Part shown: piece by piece, positions 61,253-64,000 of the stretch
Layout of the letters: every line of letters begins with the position of its first letter
How positions within the stretch are numbered: the first letter of the stretch is position 1
Origin: Callorhinchus milii
Taxonomy: Eukaryota
NCBI RefSeq assembly: GCF_018977255.1
Contig: NW_024704742.1
Span: 71,364,001-71,428,000 of the forward strand
Direction: 5' to 3'
DNA length: 64,000 bases
Notes under the pieces: model-generated
Seen by the model: only the letters and a program-made list of their open reading frames with translations
The model's database searches: none
What the model was told of the DNA's origin: nothing
Program-made: the position numbers and the translations under genes

Positions 61253-62542
61253 TATATAACTACGTAAGGGCGAATGAATGCAGCAACCAGTTTTGCACAG
61301 CAGTCTCCACAAATAGCCAAGCAGAAATGAGCCAGGTGGACACAAGGATAATAATAATACTTTTTTTTGGTCAGCTGGGTGTCAGCCACTATGCCTCAAA
61401 ACTCTGTATCTCTCTCCCTCAATCTCTTCTTGTCCCCTCATTCTCCATCTTTACGTCGTGCCTGAAGATCTTTCTTTGACCATGCTTACAGTCACCTCCC
61501 CCCCGGTTCGGCATTAGGCTCCATCACTGTTAAGTGCCCTGCAATCCTACCCTGTGTGAGGGGCACTGCATACATGCAAGTTGTTGTTGTTGTCACCCTT
61601 GTATTCAAATCCCTCCCCCTACCTCTCTGACCTCCTCTCTCCTCAAAGCAGTACCCGTTGCCTTCGTTCCTCCGGACCTGGCCTCCTCCTCGTCCCCCGA
61701 GTCCTCCGCTCCACCCTCGGCGGCCGTGCCTTCAGCCACTACGCCCGAGGCTCTGGAATTCCCTTCCTCACTCCCTTCGCCTCGCTCCCTCTCTTCCGAT
61801 TTGCAGGTCTCTGCTGTAGACCTTTCTCTTCGACCGCGTCTTTGGCCACCTTCCTCCCCCTCCCCCCGGCTCGGCCCCAGAATCCGTTACTGTAAAGCGC
61901 TCTGAGACGCCGTCCGGCGTGGAGGGCGCTATATAAATCCAAGTTGTTTTGTTGATGTTGACACATGCAGAAACCCATAAGTTCCATGCATCTCGCGTAC
62001 ACATGAAAAAACTTGAGATGTTTATTGGAATGGAATGTGCACTCTCTCCCTGGAGAGGTGACATTTGATACAGTGCCTTTCACATTCGGAGAGCATCTCA
62101 AAGAACCTCATAGAATTTTACTATAAAGTGCAGTGATTGTGTATTTTGTAGACAAACATGGCAGCCAATTTGTGCACAGCAACGTCCCATAAACAGCCAT
62201 GAGGTGAATGACTGATTTTATTTGAGGGATTGTTGGCCAGGACACTGGGAGAGAGAAACTCCTGTCTCTTTTCGAGCAGTACCATGGGATCTTTAATGTC
62301 CCCTGAACAGGCAGACAGACCTCGGTTTAATGTCACATCAGAAGGAACTATCCAGAATATTGGTGAGAGTCAATCTTGATCAGACTCTTCATGTGTCAGC
62401 CTGGCTTAGTCGGAAGCGCTCTTGCCTCAGAGTCAGAAAGTTGTGGGTTCAAGCGCCATGTTTGAACTCTGAACTGTGAGCTCACAGTCTAGGTTGAATG
62501 CATCGTCAGATGTGCTATCCTTCGGATGATACATTCAACTTA

Positions 62543-63420
62543 ACAACAACAAAATTACATTGTAGAGCGCCTTTCACATTGGGAAGGAAGCCATCGCAAG
62601 GCGCTGGACAATCAGTGTTGCGGGCCCGAGCAGGGGGTTGGGATTGGGGAGGGTGGAAAGGAAGGTGACCAAAGGTACGGTTGAAGAGGAGGTTCTTGAC
62701 ATGGGTCTTGAAGAAGACAAGGGAGGGGGCGAGGTGGAGGGACTGTGGGGTGGAGCTCCAGGGGGTGGCAGCAAAGTGACTGAAGGCCCACCCGCCAATG
62801 GTGAAGCAGACTGGAGCCCACTGAGCAGGGGGAGCAGGCAGGTTGGTAGGGGTCAGGTGGTCGCAGAGATAGGGGGGAGCACGACCATGGAGGGCTTTGA
62901 AAGTGAGGACCAGGATCGTGATGACTGACTTTCCTTTCTCCATAGATGCTGCCTGACCTGCTGAGTGTTCCCAGCGACTTCTGTTTTTGTACAGAGATAA
63001 CTTTGGGTGTCATTCGCATACATGTGGAAGTTGACCCCTTGTCTCCGGATGATGTCACCAAGAGGAAGCATAAATATATATAGAAAAGGAGGGGACCATG
63101 GACAGTCTCGGTGAGGGGGCTAGATGAGAAGCTATTTATGGAGATGTAGTGGAGATGTGTGTGAGGTAGGAATTGAAGGACAGAACAATGAAGGTTAAAG
63201 TGAGAGGAGAGGACGTAGAGGAGTGGTCAATGGTATCGAAGTCAGCAGAGAGGTCAAGGAGGACGAGAAGGCAGAGGGAGCCCTGGTCGCAGATGGACAA
63301 AATGTAATTTGTCACTTTGACTAGGGCTGTTTCTGTGCTGTGGGCGGCACAGAAATCCAATTAGAGGGGTTTGTGAAGGGAGTGGCGGGAAAGGAAGGAG
63401 CAAAACTGGAAAGAAACAAC
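62543..63420 (-). mobile_element. Decayed L2 RT/3' fragment containing a Penelope-like insert (about 62925-62990)
   Basis: [14 protein letters not shown]...[36 protein letters not shown] and ILVLTFKALHG. Confidence 0.85.
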
Positions 63421-63779
63421 TTCAAATTTAAGTCCCATCTGTGCCTGTTCATCAATGATCCTGTAGTGCTATTCAAAAAAGGAAGAGATTTTCCCTGTCC
63501 CAGTGTCCTGGCTAACAATCCCCTGATAAAATTAATCATTCACTTCATGGATGTTTGTGTGTTATACCTATATGTAAATTTGCTGCTACACTAACTACAC
63601 AACAAAAACATTACATTTTATAGCGCTTTCACATTGGGAGGACATCCCAAGGCGCTGTTAATAGTAAATCCTGTGAAGCGCTTTGAAACAATTTGATGCT
63701 GTGATTAGGTGTGACATCAAATAGCAGTTCTCAGCCTCTGAGATCAATAATAATAATCCTTTATCTTGCATGGTATCAA

Positions 63780-63995
63780 GCTTCTCGGGTTGGGAGTGGG
63801 GGGGTAAGTCAGGTCTCCTCGGAGAGAATCTGGCTCCGATTCATGAGCCAGGCAGGTCCGCAGTATTCCAGGGCACTGCTGATGACAGTACAGCCCAGCC
63901 TGGCTCATCGGCAGGACTTGGAAGGGCAGACCAGTCACTGGGACCAGGGAGTCTTCCCACCCAGCTCATTATCCAAAGCCCTCACAGGTGAGGTG
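63780..63995 (+). mobile_element. Family P LINE 3' UTR segment
   Basis: Reverse complement of the 24590-24730 segment (ccagtgactggtct.cccttcca.gtcctgcc.atgagccaggctgggctgt). Confidence 0.7.
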
Positions 63996-64000
63996 GTCCT

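Overview
Repeat-rich vertebrate genomic DNA. The LINE/SINE repertoire (L2, CR1, tRNA-Nin/Deu SINEs, Penelope-type termini) suggests a cartilaginous fish, possibly a chimaera; this is inference. Two convergent spliced genes can be rebuilt from GT-AG exons with consistent phases. The first is the 3' six coding exons of M1AP (+ strand, 2666-12313). The second is a complete DOK1 docking protein gene (- strand, 59555-33311, 6 coding exons, 1761 nt CDS = 586 aa), matching the tail-to-tail DOK1/M1AP arrangement known in human. Between them lies a nearly full-length L2 LINE with an uninterrupted APE-RT frame (about 14010-17736, -). Most other sequence is decayed L2/CR1 fragments, many SINE copies, 3' ends of a poly(A) LINE and long simple repeats around DOK1 exon 1. 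Best leads: (1) an apparently extra DOK1 intron made entirely of retroelements with AGGT at both junctions; (2) a truncated duplicate of an M1AP exon with an intact acceptor and early stop; (3) a 164-bp palindromic Penelope-type element with a 13-bp TSD and a hammerhead ribozyme core; (4) a young L2 whose N-terminus is broken only at homopolymer runs. Repeat boundaries are approximate (read by eye). No prokaryotic system or CRISPR array is supported.
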